Source: Botryllus schlosseri
Taxonomy: Eukaryota
Direction of reading: 5' to 3'
NCBI GenBank assembly: GCA_051294905.1
Contig: CM119371.1
Span: 26,414,001-26,478,000, forward strand
DNA length: 64,000 bases
In this document: one piece after another, positions 62,196-64,000 of the stretch
Layout: each line of letters starts with the position of its first letter
Position numbering within the stretch: position 1 is the first letter of the stretch
The notes under the pieces: model-generated
What the model saw: the letters and a program-made list of their open reading frames with translations, nothing else
What the model was told of the DNA's origin: nothing
Database searches by the model: none
Position numbers and translations under genes: made by a program

Positions 62196-63718
62196 CTCTA
62201 GAGAGTCGCATTCCTTAGTGAATGAAAAGTGTAGGCTACTTTCAAAAACCTTATAAGCATTTTCGTGACCATTAAAATACGAAAGTGGGAGCCCACATGC
62301 CCATGTATCGACGAGTAGCAGTATAAATTCCAATATAATACAAAGCCACTTCAAGTTGAATAAGTTGAAGTGAATCGGTTCAAAGTGCTAAAGCAGTTTA
62401 ACAAAACAAAACACTCTCAAAGCGCATTTTCTCCCTAGTCAATCTGATACAGGCTCGCGTCGAAATTGCTGGTTGTACTTTAGTGACCATTAACAATGAA
62501 GAGTGACTCCACATTCCAAATGTAGGTGACTTTTTCATAGAGAACACTCAGTTAGCGTGATAGATGTTTTTTTGGACGGTTGTCACGAGGAATGATGATT
62601 TAACCAATAAGAAAGCGATGCAAACCATTCCTAGCACTTCTTTATACCTTAGTACAGAGGTACGCCTTAGTGCGCCTTGTAACTTGTAGAAGTGGAAGTA
62701 GGGGAGACCGGGGACAAATGTAACTAGGGGCAAATGTAACGATCGTTTTCACCGCTAGTAGGGTGGAGAAATGACCCTGATATTTTAAATGCGCATACGG
62801 TAGTTAACTCTCCTATTTCACCTGGAGTTACGTTGAGCTACGACGCGAAACTCCGGAATAACTGTCAATTTCAAGTAGATATTTACAACGCGAGCCAAAA
62901 AAAATACGCAAGGTGGGAGTAGATAAGTAAAGGTATGAAAGTTTCCACTTGTAGATTGGGTCATCGAGTCACACTCGTTTAGTATTTAATCGGAGGTGGT
63001 ACTATCGATATAACAAGATAGGCAACTCTCTCTCTCTCTCTATATATATATATATTATATACGCAAGTGCAATTTCCGAACGTATATTTACTTACAGCGG
63101 TTCACGATGGGTTGTCGATTGACACGAGAATTTAACTTACACAAGTGATGAAAAGCATGAAAAACCACTTTCCACTTTGCGATATCCAAATTGGAAATGT
63201 ATATGGTTTCAGCTCAAAAACCACTAAGTCTAGAAGAGGAATTGATCGGAATAGTACTACCTAAGCATAGTACCTAGACAATAATTAAGCAGGCAATATA
63301 ATAGAATAACTATACTTTGTTATTTGCTCCTCGGGGCCAAGTATGCTACTGCCGATCCATGTAGAGTCAGAGAGCGCGTCGCGTTGTCGCCTTTCGTCTT
63401 CGAAATTTTCATTGCTCGCCTCCGTCTACGAGACGGGTCTGTTGATGGTGAGAACGCGATTCTTTCTGGACTTGTGCGTGATCTAGTCTCAAGATTCATG
63501 TTACGGGACTCAGGAATGTCATTGCGCGCTGCATGAAATAAAATCCTTTTTTAAATACCAGACAAGGTGGTGCCATACGAACATTAAAATGTAAAAGCGC
63601 ATCGCAAAATATCGTACGGTCATTCTTAAAGCATAGCCGATATATAGAGATGGTAACCAATGACATATACTTATACTTTTCGCAGCAGTCAAGTACATTT
63701 GGCCCGTCTGGGATACCT

Positions 63719-64000
63719 TAGGCTTATCATATTTTGGAAATCTAAGAAGAGGACACTTTTTCAGAAAATTGAGACTTGCAAACCCGGAGAAGAATTCTCG
63801 AAAACCGGTGAATTTTTCCCACTTTGTGATCGGTTGACTAAGAAAAAAAAGGTGATCTTTTCCGCTCAGAGCTCAAAATACCGTTTTTCTTCCCGCATTG
63901 GTATGTGGATGACTATAAAAAAGTCATATTTCCGCCCAGAGTTAAAATAATCGTTTTTCACTCCGAAATACCCGCCGGAGCGTCAGTTTTCTCCAAATCT
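63719..64000. mobile_element. Third copy of the 1492-1921 MITE family, truncated by the window end
   Basis: TAGGCTTATCATATTTTGGAAA...GAGGACACTTTTTCAGAAA closely matches the sequence from 1492 onward. Confidence 0.8.

Overview
AT-rich eukaryotic genomic DNA with GT-AG introns. It is probably from a marine invertebrate, possibly an ascidian, but that is inference only. The core of the window is a + strand tandem cluster of leucine-rich-repeat single-pass membrane receptor genes that I reconstructed by hand from splice signals. There are two intact paralogs with 9 coding exons each (9308-15141, 534 aa; 23853-33284, 522 aa). Both encode a signal peptide, a Cys-rich N-cap containing an R-D-[RK]-R furin-type motif, about 12 LRRs, an LRRCT-like cap, a Thr-rich stalk, a TM helix and a ~30-aa tail with no TIR or kinase domain. 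A third copy (41021-42193) is a pseudogene inside a segmental duplicate of the second locus and is broken by nested transposons. The rest of the window is dense in DNA transposons: many hAT-type MITEs with 8-bp TSDs, truncated hAT and Harbinger transposases, a 9-bp-TSD Mutator-like element and a 1.64-kb foldback palindrome, plus one tRNA-derived SINE. The right end holds exon-like segments on the minus strand, including a 2-TM ORF, that I cannot assign to a known family.
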